Below, piece by piece: positions 12,571-25,990 of a stretch of DNA of 64,000 nucleotides. The notes under the pieces were generated by a model. That model saw nothing but the letters and a program-made list of their open reading frames with translations, did not search any database and was not told where the DNA came from. This DNA is from Lama guanicoe (taxonomy: Eukaryota). The stretch lies in the NCBI GenBank assembly GCA_013239625.1, contig MU054187.1:17910711-17974710 (forward strand). Direction: 5' to 3'. Numbering within the stretch: position 1 is the stretch's first letter; every line of letters starts with the position of its first letter. Both the position numbers and the translations under genes were made by a program.

Positions 12571-12949
12571 TTTTTTTTTTTAATTGAGATATCACTGGTT
12601 AATAACATTATGTAAGTTTCATATATACATTATATTTTTATTTCGGTAGACATTACAGCGTGCTCACCACCAAAAGTGCTGATTTCTATCTTCAACTGTA
12701 CAGCTGACCTTCTTTACCCATTCACCCTCCCCCCACCTCACCTCTCCTTGGTAACCACTAGTCTGTTCTCTGTATCTATGTGTTTGCTTTTGTTCATTTA
12801 CTTTTAATTTTTTTATGGTTCACATAGGGATAAAATTATACAGTGTTTGTCTTTCTCTGTCTGACTTATTTCATTTAGCATAACCCTCAAGCTTCATCCA
12901 TGTTGTTGCAAATGCCAAGATGTCATTTTTCATAACTGAATAGATTCCA

Positions 12950-12980
<31 letters not shown>

Positions 12981-13146
12981 TGTGTGTGTGTATCGTATCT
13001 TCTTTATCCATTCACCTGTTGATAGGAGCTGAGGTTGTTTCCATACCTTGGCTATTGTAGATAACGGTGTGATGAACATAGGAGTGAATATATCTTTTCA
13101 AAAAAACTTTTTTCCCCTCTGGACAAATACCCAGAAGTAAAATAGC
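12570..13146 (-). mobile_element. L1 3' end (L1MA9-like)
   Basis: Poly-T start; 'ggtaaccactagtctgttctctgtatctatg', 'ctgacttatttcatttagcataa', 'ggttgtttccataccttggctattgt'. Confidence 0.9.
12950..12991. repeat. Compound (TG)n(CGTG)n(TG)n microsatellite within L1
   Basis: Directly visible. Confidence 0.95.
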
Positions 13147-13961
13147 TTTCTAAACACTAACGCAATACTGCTCTATCCAACTGGACTGGACAATGGCAGC
13201 TATTTAGAAGCAGCCTTTGGAAAGGAGGCAGCACAGATGTCAGTACCTACACAAAACAAAACAATAACATCAAAAGACACCACACACCACCACCAACACT
13301 TTAATCAGAAATAAGATTTGAGCGCTGCAAGGATTTTCAAGTTGAATTTAATCAAACTTAATTTTCAAGTGTAATTCATTTAAGTGAACTTAATTAAAGC
13401 CCATCAAAGTCAAAATTAGAAGAACGAGTGGGATTTCAGATATCCCTGCTTCATTCACCAAGGGAAGGTGTTTTGTAACCCAGTGCCTGCTGATCAGAAT
13501 CTGTGTGTCAAGTAATGGCTGGACTTTATGATTAAAAAAAAAAAAAGCATTTTTCTTTCCACTGCAGCAAAAAAAAAATTAATTGCATTTTAGCCACATA
13601 TAATAAATGCATAAAAATACACACTTAATTTTGTCTTCAAATATTTACTCCTTCATATCCCTCAAATAATAGGATTTCCAAATGAATGGGTAGAAACATT
13701 GCTTAAAAATATTATCTTTAAAAGAAAGAAATTATCTCACATTATTGTAGGTATGTGAAGTTCCCAGAGTTGAATGCTATAAGAAAAAGGTTTGAACTTA
13801 TTTTAAAAAGCATGGAAATCCTAGTCACTGGTCAATAAAGTGGATCCCAGTGAAAAGCTTTATGAATCAAGAGATAAAAATGAGCTGCTTAGACACTGAA
13901 ACTGCCAAAAGTTTTTGCGAGGTGTCAGTTTTGTAAAACAGTTTTGTAAAACATGTAGTTT

Positions 13962-14623
13962 TGCCAGCTACATATAAAAGAATGAAATTAGAACATTTGA
14001 TAACACTATATACAAAAATAAACTCAAAATGGATTAAAGGCCTAAATGTAAAATCAGATACTCTAAAACTCCGAGAAGAAAACATAGGCAGAATACTCTT
14101 CGACATAAATCACAGCAATATTTTTTTTGGCTCCAACTCCTAGAGTAATGGAAATAAAAGCAAAAATAAACAAATGAGACCTAATTAAACTCAAAAGCTT
14201 TTGGACAGCAAAGGAAACTGTAAACAAAACGAAAAGGCAACCTATAAAATGGGAGAAAACATTTGCAAGTGATGTGACCCACAAGGGATTGATTTCCAAA
14301 ATATACAAAGGACCCATACAGCTTAATAATAAAAATTAAAAAAGCCCAATCAAAAAATGGGCAGAAGACCTAAATAGACATTTCTCCAAAGAAGACACAC
14401 AGATGGCCAAGAGGCACATGAAAAGATGCTGAATCTCAGTAATTATTAGAGAAACGCAAATCAAAACTACAATGAGGACCTCACGCCAGTCAGAACGGCC
14501 ATCATTAAGAAGTCTACAAATAACGATACATGTGTATATATACATATGTATGTATAACTGAATCACTATTGAACACTTGAAACCAGCACAATATCATAAA
14601 TAAATTACACTTCAATTAAAAAA
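13962..14623 (+). mobile_element. L1 ORF2 C-terminal fragment joined to an L1 3' terminus (internal deletion ~14525)
   Basis: Translation ...[28 protein letters not shown]... is L1 ORF2; ends 'ataactgaatcact...acttcaattaaaaaa'. Confidence 0.92.
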
Positions 14624-16959
14624 CACAATAAGTCTTCAATATTTTAAAAAGCACTTAGCAGAGTGTCTACCTGTATAGTCCAGGGTCATGTCTGATATGA
14701 ACCCAGTTAGTGAGATTGGTTATCGTTGTTTGCGAAGGGGGGGAATCAAGACAGAAAAAAATAATGTAGTTCTTACGACAACCCACATCTGTGTCTGCTT
14801 CTACCTCTTCAGATTTGTTTGTGCATTAGTAAGTGAGATAATTTTACCAGTGAGACATTGTGAAAGGCACTGGACATGCAGAACTGACTACGAAACGGAC
14901 CTTGTCCTCGCACGACGAGCTGTGGGGACTCACAACCTGTAATAAGAACACCAGCACTCAGAGTGGTTTGGAATTGTTTATAAAACCTCCACGAAATTCT
15001 GTCTGCTGACATGAAAACAGCATTCCGTTCATTTCGATAGTATTCTAATCGCTTCCCTCTCCTACCCATGGCAGTCCGCGATGGAAAGAACGTGCACTTA
15101 CTACTTGCTAGCAGCATTGCTCCTTATTTAATTCACAGCTGAAGAGTAAGGGGGCGCTCAGCCAGGTCTCTGAATAACGACTCTGAAAGTACCTATGAAA
15201 TAGTCTTCTACTAAAATCAAAAGTGCCGGCCTTTCAGAGCAAGAGGTGGTTGTCTCTGCAAACGTCCAGCAAGGCAGGTTGGGAAGCAGATCATATATTC
15301 TCCGTAATGCCACCAATCTTGCAATTTAAACTTGGAAAGATTGACGTGTATCATGCAATTCCATTTGGGCATTTTATCACTTACTGTTTTACATTTGTGA
15401 AAAGAGCCCGATTTGTTAATGCCACTGTGATTATCTCAATAGTCTTGAGACACGTTGGGCTTTTCGCTAGTGGCTCTTGGAATCTATCGAAAGGGTGACT
15501 TTTTCTTACTTGAGAACGCTGAAGTAGAATTTGGTGCCTCAAGTCCAAGTCAGAGGGTTTCAATGGCGTGGTGTGTTCTTCTGTGACAGGCCAGATCTTG
15601 AGGACATTTTGTTTGAGCATGAACGAGGCACTAGGAACTGTAATGCTGGCCAGAGACATATTTTTCACAGATCATACCAGCTACATAGTCCACATCATAC
15701 TTAAAATATTTTATAATTTATGCTTTTGCCAAAATGTATTTTCTACTCTCTGCATCACCAGAATTGGGTTGTTTCAGGACACTGCCTATGACGTGGGGAT
15801 TTTATGTAGCATTGTAACTGTTGTGCAGTCTGTGGATTTTAAACTTGGTTACTCTGTAGAATAAGGGCATAGGGAACGCTGATGCAAAATACACTAAGGA
15901 CATCTTAAATCCTCCTTCATCACAAAACAATATAATCACACATCAGGCCTCTATAGAAATTCATTCCACAGAACAGGGAGAGATCTTGCATTTCACATTT
16001 AGCTACTGCTGAGAATATGCTAAAAGCTTTTCCTCAGACAGACTGTCATTTCTACAAATGTCAGGCTTACAGACGTGCCATACTCCAGAAACTCACTTTA
16101 ATTGGATAATAACTAAGAGCTTGTCACATGCTAAGTCACTGGAACTATTTTCTGTTCAATTCTGCAGTAAAGAAAACAGCACGCTCTCCCTAAGCCTCTT
16201 CTATTTCCCTCCCCACATCCCACCATCAAAACACATGATTTCATATCACACGAAAAAAGTTTTCGGCATTTTAGGTCTCCTATGATACATTATTTTTTTT
16301 TTTTACTACTTTATTCCTGTTACTAGAGGCTTCTCTGCCTTGTTCTTTAGTAGTGACTTCTTATTAGAAACATAATTCTGTCTCTCTCCTGTGAAATCAT
16401 GAAATTGCTGTATTAATATTTATTCTGCGACGGAAAACAAGACATCAAGGAGAGGCTACGCCAGGGTCACATGTGGATAACGTGCAGAATCTTATGTATA
16501 AGTCATCAGTTTCCACGTAGATTTGGTATTTCTCTTTGACTTCTGGGGAAACTGGCTTGAAGATGAGCTACCTCCTCTTTCTTCCTGGGGATGGAGATTA
16601 AATAAGGAGTAATATTGATCCTGAGTTTGCATTTCTGAGAATTTTAAGGCTTTATGCCCTTAATTAAACACTGTCACTAGGGGAACAGATATTCCTGAGT
16701 TACAGGCAATTATGCAAGATTGGTTTTATTTACCACAAAGCAGTAGGTGGCATGTGCTTTAGGAATATAGCCTTGATATTACTTCTCAATCCCTGGTTTG
16801 AATCTCTTCAGTGTCTTCAATGACTACCCAGGGACCATCTGCTGGCTTGTCACCTATAACGGAAGTCTGGGTCTTGGGAAAAGGGGAACTACTGCAAATG
16901 GGACAGCCACCAGTGACAGATGGCATTCATAGGCCTTCTAGGTATTTTCAGAAGCCATT

Positions 16960-17250
16960 TGATGAAGGATCTTGGCTTGGCCAATGGATATTCTAACCCA
17001 GTACTTTGAATCTAAAGTGAATGATGCAAAGAGGCAGAGTCAGGGGCTCACCGCTCCAGGGCTGTGGAGTTGCCAGCAGCATCTTTGTTCAGTGGCCGCA
17101 GTAGCAGCAGCCCCCTGAGGGCCAGTATCAGGTTACACTGTGACAGTGGTGGCAGTGACAATGTAAATGTCATTCTCCCCAGACGGTTCTGAGGCCTGAA
17201 TTGAGTGATGCTTCGGGCCACTCAGTTTCCTTTAGTTCCTAAGACTTATC
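16960..17250 (+). mobile_element. Possible old MaLR/ERVL-type LTR fragment
   Basis: 'cttggccaat...actttgaatct...gtggcagtg' resembles old MLT1N/O-like LTRs; weak. Confidence 0.35.
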
Positions 17251-17794
17251 TAAGCCTTTAGAAGACTGACAGAGGTCTTTGAATTTTGTAAGACTAACTG
17301 ATAGACATCGTCAACATGTCACGAGTAGAAAGGGAGAATCAGGGAAGCAATACTATGTGCATGAGGGACCATGCAAACTGGGCTAGTTTGGGTGGGCTGT
17401 TTCCTATACATACAAATATTTTTTCTTGTCATATTTTAAATAACTACAGTTAAAACTGTTTGAAACATGCATTTAACCAAAGTGCATGGCGGCCTTAACA
17501 CGGACTGGCACTGAGACAGGTTTTGGCATGTGTGATCAAATAATGGGGGAATGGGCTTCCAGAAAGCAATTTTCGTGAGGCATTTTGTTGTTGCCATTAC
17601 CTCTGAAAAGTGATCATGTCGGGGAAGGAAAGTGGCTCCAGAAAGCTAAATACTCAAGGGAATCCCTTGTCATTATAACAATCAAAATATCTCCTCACCA
17701 ATTCCCAAAGGCTTCCTTGAAGAAACTTCTATTCTTTTTCTCCAGCCCTCTTAAGACACAATATATAAATCCATGATGTTTAACTATTGCTCAG

Positions 17795-18030
17795 AATGAT
17801 AATAGTTAATATCTATTGAGCACCGGTTCAATGCACCATTGGGCTAAGCCCAAAACCTACATTATTTTATTGATTTCTCTTAGCAAACTGTAAATTTCAT
17901 GCTATTATTTTATTCCTCTTACAGCTGAGTAAACTAAGATTACAAATTTTAGGTGAGTTGCTTAAATCCACACAGCTGGCCCGGGTTTAGCGTTTACATC
18001 TGAATACAGGATGTCAGAGTACATAACCTG
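17795..18030 (-). mobile_element. MIR SINE
   Basis: 'aataatagttaatatctattgagcac...ttacagctgagtaaactaag...ttgcttaaatccacacagct'. Confidence 0.75.
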
Positions 18031-18429
18031 TAAAATGATCTTTAAAGAACAATATACTTCATTTAACCCTAGTGGGGAAGATACGAGCTGAAAAGGGAAA
18101 AGCCACAGAGCATTCCTTTCTGATATTTCTTGACTGCACAAATGCCTTTACCAAGACACACGCTGCTAACATGAGCTGGGGGTCCTCTGCTGGTTTGGGC
18201 TTCAGGAATCCAGCAGGGCATTGGAGCGATGAGAGCAGAACTGGAAAGTAAGAGTCCGCTCAAACTCTAGTTTTTCATGACTTTAGGCAGTCACTCAAGT
18301 GGCTTTGCTTTTATTTTTTCACCTGTGAAGTGGGTAAGGCCAGATGAAGTTCACAGTCCTGAGATGTAGAACCTTAAAGGACTGAGACTCGGAAGATTCT
18401 AGAATGCTCCCTCTCCTCCACATCTTACC

Positions 18430-18715
18430 TCCACGCCAACAGCGCTCTGGAAAAGCACTGCTGGATTACAGCTGAAAGAGCTGCCAGCTGCTCTCTCTGA
18501 TGAACATTAGGGAATCTTGAAATAAAGAGAGGGGACAAAAATCAAGGACATTAAAGGAAGTGGAGGCCTCTGACATGTAACCACAAGAAACATGCAGCAC
18601 AGCTCAACTCCCAGGTTAATGTAACTGCTCACATCAAAGTTTATTTCCCTCAGTTCCTGTTACCCAATTACAACATGTCCAACTTTCAACAACAACAACA
18701 AGATTTAAAGGCATT
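18430..18715 (+). mobile_element. Old L1M 5'-region fragment
   Basis: 'gctggattacagctgaaagagctg', 'cagttcctgttacccaattacaacatgtccaactttcaaca' resemble L1MC-type 5' sequence. Confidence 0.55.
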
Positions 18716-18717
18716 AT

Positions 18718-19036
18718 ATTCCTTGCTTATGCCTCTGGGAGTCAGAAGAAAAAATTTAAACTGTTTCCTAAAGCTGATATGAGGTCATTACTAACCAATC
18801 CCGTATCATTTAAGAAAATGCTAATATTATAACCAATCACAGTGAAGGATAAACAGTCACCGCCCTCCCACTACCTAAGCTGCTTTGGAGCGATCCATAG
18901 GGAGCCTCACTCCATGTTTTGCTTTGAGGGCTCCTGGTCCGTGAGCTGTCTTTGTGGTGTGTGCAAAATAAGCTTTTACTAATTACCCTTTTGGTGATTC
19001 ATTGACTTGACTTCTGTTATTTATGAATTTTTGATA
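18718..19036 (+). mobile_element. Degraded ERV LTR fragment
   Basis: Two CCAAT boxes, R/U5-like 'gtgagctgtctttg...aaataagctt', TGATA (from TGACA) end; sits between L1 pieces. Confidence 0.5.
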
Positions 19037-20640
19037 AAGTTAAAGAAGTAAGACCGTATCGAAAAAGGTTTCATCATAGATGGCTCCATTTATAGGACAT
19101 TTTTAGAATAGGAACAATTATGGAGGCAGTCCATAGATCAGTTGCTGCAGGAGCTGGGGAAAGAGGGGTTGAGTAAGTGAAACCCACAGGATTGTTTATT
19201 TGTGATACTGTAATGGTGGATACATGACACTCTGCATTTGTCAAAATCCACAGAACATTTTGGCACCAAGTGTGAACATTAATGTATGCAAAAAATGTCA
19301 TTCAGAAGGCTGGGGGATTCTGGAGAGGGAATGAAAAATGTGACACAAGAATCTAACTGTCTTAAAAATTTAAGACATATCCTCGCTGAATGGAGTGAGG
19401 GAAAAGGTGTTACCCTAAGTAACTTGGGAAATGACGGGAAACTGACTAAAGATAAAAAGAGCCATGTGTAAGCACTGTGTTCTAGTTGACAGAGTTGTTT
19501 TCCATGAAGGTACAGCCTTTCTGAAAGCATTGTATGTGTGTACTGGAATTGAACAAACAGGTAAGTGGATGGCGTTTCTCACTTTGAAGTGGGAGTTAAT
19601 AGACAGGCAAGGGAAAAGGCTAGAATGATCCATGTGCTAATAATGGATTAGAGCTGGAGGCATCAGTATGAATCATGTTAAGATTAATATAGATACAGAT
19701 TGTTACATACAGAAATATTTACAGGTGTGTGTATATACATGGACTAGTATACACACATTTATTTCCATACTCTGTCATCTCTCAGGGTCTTAAAAAAAAC
19801 CTCAGTAGCAACAGGCACACCAAACAGCCAGATCTTGGTTTCTAATACCATTCTTCAATAAGAGGAACCAGAGCTCATTGGAGAAATGACTGATTCTAGG
19901 CTGGAGCAGGGACTATGCAAGCTGAGCTAACAGACAGAATTTCCATTGACCCAAGCTGAAATTATTTGAATAGAATAAATCAAGTAATATTAGATGATAA
20001 TAAGTTTTCATGAGTCCATAAGTGAAAAAAATAAATAAATGGGAGAGAATAGACAAATCGGTGCAGTCATATTCCGAATAATGTATGTGGCTACAGCGCC
20101 GTCGATGAAGTGGAATACACTTCTCCATTCCTTTGAGGTGGATTCGGTATAGTGATTTCTCTCCAAATAGTACCGTATTGAAAGAGGGAAAAGTGGGAAG
20201 CAGAACTGTACAGTCTAGAAATGTGACAAACACCACTTCAGCCAGAGGTTCAAGGTTAACATCCACGGTGAGGGGTCGTGTTGAGAGTATGTCCTCAGTA
20301 TAAGATGTGATGATAATAATGCTTTACATTGTGTTCTTCCCCTAAGCCCATTATCCCAGTCTAATTCTGAGAAATACATCAGATAAATCTCAGCTGAGGA
20401 ACAGTATTCCTCCAGACTCAAGGTCATCAAAAACAAGGAAAATATGAGGAACTGTCACATCCAAGAGGAGCCTGAGAAGACTGACAACTAAATGTACTGT
20501 GGGAAAGAAGAAAAGATATTAGATAAAAACTAAGAAAAACTAAATAAAGTGTAAGATTTAGTTGATAATAATATATCAACAGTAGCTCATTAATTATGAC
20601 AAATGTACTAGACTAATGTTAGATATAAACCATAGAAGGA
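19037..20640 (+). mobile_element. L1 long 3' end (L1MC3-like)
   Basis: 'ggtttctaataccattcttcaataagaggaaccagagctcattggagaaatgactgattctagg' and 'aaggtcatcaaaaacaaggaaaat' are L1MC3/4-type 3' UTR motifs. Confidence 0.85.
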
Positions 20641-20659
20641 AGGGGGTCCAAAATCTTTC

Positions 20660-21040
20660 TATACAATCCCCAAATCCAAAATTTCTAAAAATAAATATTT
20701 TCAAGATTTAAAATAATTTTATTTGGTGGCAAAACACACATTTATCTCTCAGAACTGAGCATGTGGAGAGTCGTTCGTTCATCTAGCACAAAGGGAACGG
20801 GTTGCAGGAGAAACACTTTCTCTTACCTGTTTTGTAATGTAAAATGTAAAACATGGCCATCTTCATTTACCCCATTTTGGTGTAAATATGTATTTTAATT
20901 TGGAAGTATTATTGTCTGATTGCAGCCTTTCCAGAAAAATTATAAAATATACTACATAAGTATGCTATTGCCTTTCTATAATCCAGAATATTTAGAATTC
21001 CAGAACTTGCTTTCCCCCAAGGGTTTTGGTAGTAATTATG
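20660..21040. mobile_element. Ancient TcMar/Tigger-type non-autonomous DNA element (degraded)
   Basis: 'ttggtggcaaaac' and 'cctttctataatccagaatatttagaattcc...ccccaagggtttt' resemble old Tigger MITEs. Confidence 0.45.
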
Positions 21041-24000
21041 ACTCTTTAGGGTCTATTCCATTGGGTAATGTGAGAATTCTACAAGATAATTCACATGACA
21101 GACTTAATCTAGTACCTCTCACATAATGTACATCCAATCATAATTTATGATTGTTGTCATAGTTGTATTTCCTAACATTCCATGAATTAAACAAAATTTC
21201 CTCTCTGTAGCCTGAAATCCTGGGATATCTCAGCTATCTGGAAAGGCTTGGGGGGATCTGGTACCCCAAAAACAAGAAACATACTTTTCCAATGAGCACC
21301 CATTCCCACTACTATATATATCTTCACTACATGGACATTAGAGAGACGTTGGCTTGTGCCCCTGCAATTTAAGCTTTCCCACTGTTGACTGGATCCTTGT
21401 AGTGATGTGACTGATTGATTGCACTGAGCTGAGCTGGAAGATGTCTGAATATCTTGGCTTAATTTGTGCTTTTTTCCCACAAATTTTAATGTACTTTGAT
21501 ACGTCCTTATCCTAAATCTGTGAGGTAAAACGCGTGCCATCATGGTCTCTCTGCTCTTGTTTTTAGTGATATAATTGTGCTCTAGCATTTTTTTCTTTCC
21601 CACAAGAGTTATAAGAGAATAGAAAGCGGAAGGAATCCATCTCTAGATCATCACCTTGTTCTGGTGATGATCCAGGTGGCACCAGATTTATTTTCATTTA
21701 GAGATAACCAAACCCAGTGAGGACGTGCACATTGTTGTCCTTTTTTAGAACCTGACTCAGATGCTTCCTTTGCTTCCTGTTTGTAAGCCCTGGTGGTACA
21801 GGGCACTTGATATTGACCCAGCACTCACAGTTATTGTCCAGTTGCCAAGAGTGCCTGACTAGGGGACATATTTTCCACATGTTTTTGACTGAACGTGGCT
21901 GTCCTGGTGTGCGTGACTCTTCCTGCTCTGAAAACAAAATTCCTTTACGATCACTCTCTTTTCTTTCTTCCTTTGTGTTAATTGCTTTCTCACCATTTTC
22001 TCTGGTCTTTTAGGGCTTCCTCTATTTGGGATTGGGCTTTGCCGTGGGATAGAAATAAACACTCTGCAACCAGCCCAGACATTTTCTTTTGAGAAAAGAA
22101 GTCCTTAAGGAAATAAGTGTTGGCACTGACCTCATTTCTTCAAGACTGGTTAATTGGAGAAGACTGAATTTTCTATTTGAGAGCCTGTGCCCTACAGACC
22201 ATTCCAAATGAATTATAAAATTTCTGATTGCATTGGTCATGCATGTGTATTACAGTGATCTAGAGGTTATTTGCCTGGAAGACCAACAGAAGCCATGGCC
22301 ATGTCTGCAATGGTTTTGGCTGTTGAGTGACCACAATGGTCTTAGTAAGTTGTACGTGGAAATAGAGGAAGGAGCAACCTTGTGGGTTGCTCTTAGTCCA
22401 ATGACCATAACTCTTTCCACCGTGTCTTTTAAAACCCTCTCTATTTGAGATTTAGGAGCCTGACATTTTACTCAATAGAGCTTTAACCTAAGACTTTGAC
22501 TCCTCTTACAAGTTAGCATTGTTATTTAGAGTGAATGTGAGATCTGAAATTAAGTCTCAAAGAGTAGAGGGAAGTCAGAGGAAGAAGGCGTAGGGGCTTC
22601 GGGTAGATAGCAGTGGCATTGCCTGAGTGAGGGATGAGGTGATGGAAGGAAAGCTGGGGACGTAGATACTATATTGTGGAGTCTACACTTCTGAAATTAC
22701 CTTTGTTATTTGGTAAACTTTATTTTTCCCACTCTCAGTTTAAAAAAAAACATATCTATCAGTCATCTCAGCAAAATCTGTTTCTGAAAGCACCGATTAT
22801 TTCCTTCAATGGAAGGAAAAAAAAGGACCGTGACACACGTAATGTGGGCTGAAAATCTTAAATGTATTCAAAACTGTTCCAAAAATTAAATCTGAGTCTA
22901 GCCTTCAAATATGTGTTCTGTTAACTATCATCAGTTTGGACACATCTGAAACCACTTCAGTGATTTGATATGATTATTCTTTATTTTTCCTCTGTCCCCC
23001 ATTGGGTACAGAGAAGATCTTAGCTCTTCCCCTCTCTCTGATCTTAGTCTTCTCTGCAAATAAGTCTACATGTGAGAAAAAAGAATTTCTGTAAAACAAA
23101 GAGTTGTCATCACTGCTACAATCACATAAATAGTAAAATTTAAAAAACGTAGTCAATTATTCTGATAATTCATGTGAAGGTGCACCTTAACCTTTGAAAT
23201 TATTAGGATAATGGTGGCCATGGTTTTCATTTTCCAAGAATCGATAAATTCTGGTGCCAAATATTATAAAACTTTTATGCTCTTTTCTCAAATTTAACAT
23301 TTCCTGTCAAAAGATTTTAGATCTGCATTAAAAAAAAACATACACCAAACCATATGATAAATTAAATTTGGTGATTTAAAAACTGAAATGTTGCTGTGAT
23401 GGACAGATTGCTTAACAGGAAGAAAAAATTTGGCCAACATAAGAGAGAGGTCCCGTGAGCATCTTTTTGGAAACAAAGCATCTGTTCAGTTGGTTATTTT
23501 TCTTCTTTTCAGATCTACCAAAAAGTAACTTTTCTTTTTAAGTCAGAATTCCAAGAGAGCTCTTGAAGACCCACATTTCTGTCCATTTGTCCTGGAAACA
23601 CATTATTTTCAAAAGCTGAATGTCTTCTAAGGTAGTTACTAAACAGAGCTTCATACTGAATTTTGGGATTTCCCTTAATTTTTAGGGAGGATTCAGAATG
23701 GTCTACAAAAACCATTTTTTCAGTTTTAATTATTATAAAACATCTGAGTGCCAGGATTAGCCCCCTTTGCTGCCACCTGTTGTTCTACCAAAGAAATGAC
23801 TCGCTGGAAATATTTCTTCCTAACCTAAATTACTCATCAAAATAACTATTTCCAACATTAAGAAGAAATTCTCCGTGGGGTATTTTTTTCTACGGGGAAT
23901 CTTCTCATCTCTAACAGTTGGGGAAACAGGTTTTCAAGAGCTCATGCATGACCATACAGAGATTTAGATTTTCCTCTTGGCACATGCAGTAGACATTTGA

Positions 24001-25129
24001 GAAGGTTGAATAGACAGAAACAAAGAAAGCCTCTGATTCCTAAACATGCTCATCATACCCTAAAGAGCTTGTAAGCTAATCTTTGCAAAGTGAAAGCATT
24101 TAACTTAATGACAGCACTCTTAGCCCTGGAAGTCAAATTTAAATTCAAGATGCCCCTCCGCCCTACAATTGCTGTGTCTGGGGCACATGGTTAGAAATTG
24201 GAAATACAGGCATGAATGTAACGTGATCCCAGACTCTGAGCTTTTCAGAATTTAAAACAAAAGACATTATGCTGAGAGAAGGAAGTCCCTTATTCATGTC
24301 GAAATAAGATATGTTGGTGAGGAATCAGGAAATCAAGCTAGGAGGCAGTGATGGAAGTCCTGCTGTGAAGTAAGGAGTCAAAAGGAAAGTATTCGTTGTA
24401 GGAATGGAGAAGACACAACAAAAGAGGTAATTTAAAGATTGAGACTTGGTGGCTAAGAAGCTTAGGAGCAAGATGATTTCAAGTTTGGATGAAGGAGGTA
24501 GGAAGAGGGTGCTGGCTGGCAGATAAAATGGTTTTTTAGCTCAATTTCACTTACCAGGAAATCCACGCAACTACTGCAACTATTTGAAATATAACCCCCG
24601 TCAAAAAACAAACCCCCAAAATAACAAACAAATACAACTGAGATGGCAAACAGTTGAGTAGCTCCAAAACAAGTATGACAAAGATATTTTACGCTCTTAC
24701 ATTCTATCCAGATTAGGTTATTTTTGTCTCTGGCTAAGATGGTATTAACTTTTATTTTAGAAACAATTTTAACTTAATTAAAATTTTAATGCAGGGAAGA
24801 TGAGAAGCAGGAAATTAGGGTGAGGAATAAGGTCAGGGAAATCATTTCTGGAGGCAGACACGCTGGGAGCTGTAGGAGTCATGGCTGATGGTCCAAATTT
24901 CTAAATATTTTAGATTTCAAATTTAAAAAATTTCACCTGACTTTGTGTTTTAATAGCATCCTCTTTACCTTCTTCAGAATTTTTACCATTCACCTTGGTC
25001 TTAGACTGATGCTTCAGCCAGGAGAGTTCAATTTGGCAAGAGTTGGCAAGGGGTGCTCGGTTGTCAGTGTCTGACCCAGATACCGGCCCACTGCGTGACA
25101 ATCAGATCTTTTTTTTGGTTTCTTTTGTT

Positions 25130-25196
25130 TTTATTTTTTATTGAAGTATAGTTGATTTACAATGTTGTGTTAGTTTCTGGCATACAGTAAAATGAT

Positions 25197-25236
<40 letters not shown>

Positions 25237-25731
25237 TATATATATTCTTTTTTGATTTTTTTCCATTATGGTTTATTATAGGATATTGAATATAGTTCCC
25301 TGTGCTATACAGTAGGACCTTGTTGTTTATCCATTTCATATATAATAGTTGTGTCTGCTAATCTCAGATTCCCAATTTATCCCTTCCCCTACCCTTTCCT
25401 ATGTCTGTGAGTCAGTTTCTGTTTCATAAATAAGTTTATCTGTGTCATATTTTAGATTCCATATATAAATAGCATATGGTATTTGTCTTTCTGTCTGACT
25501 TACTTCATTTAGTAGGATAATTTCTAGGTCCATCCATGTTGCTGCAAATGGCATTATTTCATTATTTTATGACTGAGTAATTTTCTGTTGTGTACATTTA
25601 TATACCACATTTATTTCTCCATTCATCCGTCGATGGACATGTAGGTTGCTTTCATGCGTTAGCTGTTATAAATAGCGCTGCTAAGAACACGGAGGTGCAT
25701 GTATCTTTTCAAATTATAGTCTTCTCCAGAT
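25130..25731 (-). mobile_element. L1 3' end (artiodactyl-type), with (TA)n at 25203-25232
   Basis: 'ttgaagtatagttgatttacaatgttgtgttagtttctgg', 'atagttccctgtgctatacagtaggaccttgttg'. Confidence 0.92.
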
Positions 25732-25769
25732 GCCAATCATGTCTTAACAACACCATAGGAAAAATAACC

Positions 25770-25990
25770 CAAACACTTATTTAGCATTAAGTAGGTGCTC
25801 CGCACTGTTCTAAAGCTTTACAGATGTTAATTTATTGAATCCTTCCCATTACTCTTGGAGGTCAATGCTACCCCCAAGCCTGCTGTACAGGCAGAACAGA
25901 GCACAGAGATCACACAGATGAGGAGAGGTGGATCTGGGACGCAAATCCAGAAAGTCTGGGGCCAGAGCACAAGCTTTTACACACTACAAA
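25770..25990 (-). mobile_element. MIR SINE
   Basis: 'cactgttctaaagctttacagatgttaatttattgaatcct...gtctggggccagagc'. Confidence 0.7.

Noticed and set aside
13961..14143. ORF with real protein similarity
   Set aside because: It is a broken L1 ORF2 fragment, not a host gene.
21187..21603. 138-aa minus-strand ORF
   Set aside because: No recognisable family motif and no supporting exon structure.
21646..21672. Perfect 10-bp hairpin GATCATCACC/GGTGATGATC
   Set aside because: About one such stem is expected by chance in 64 kb; no other support.
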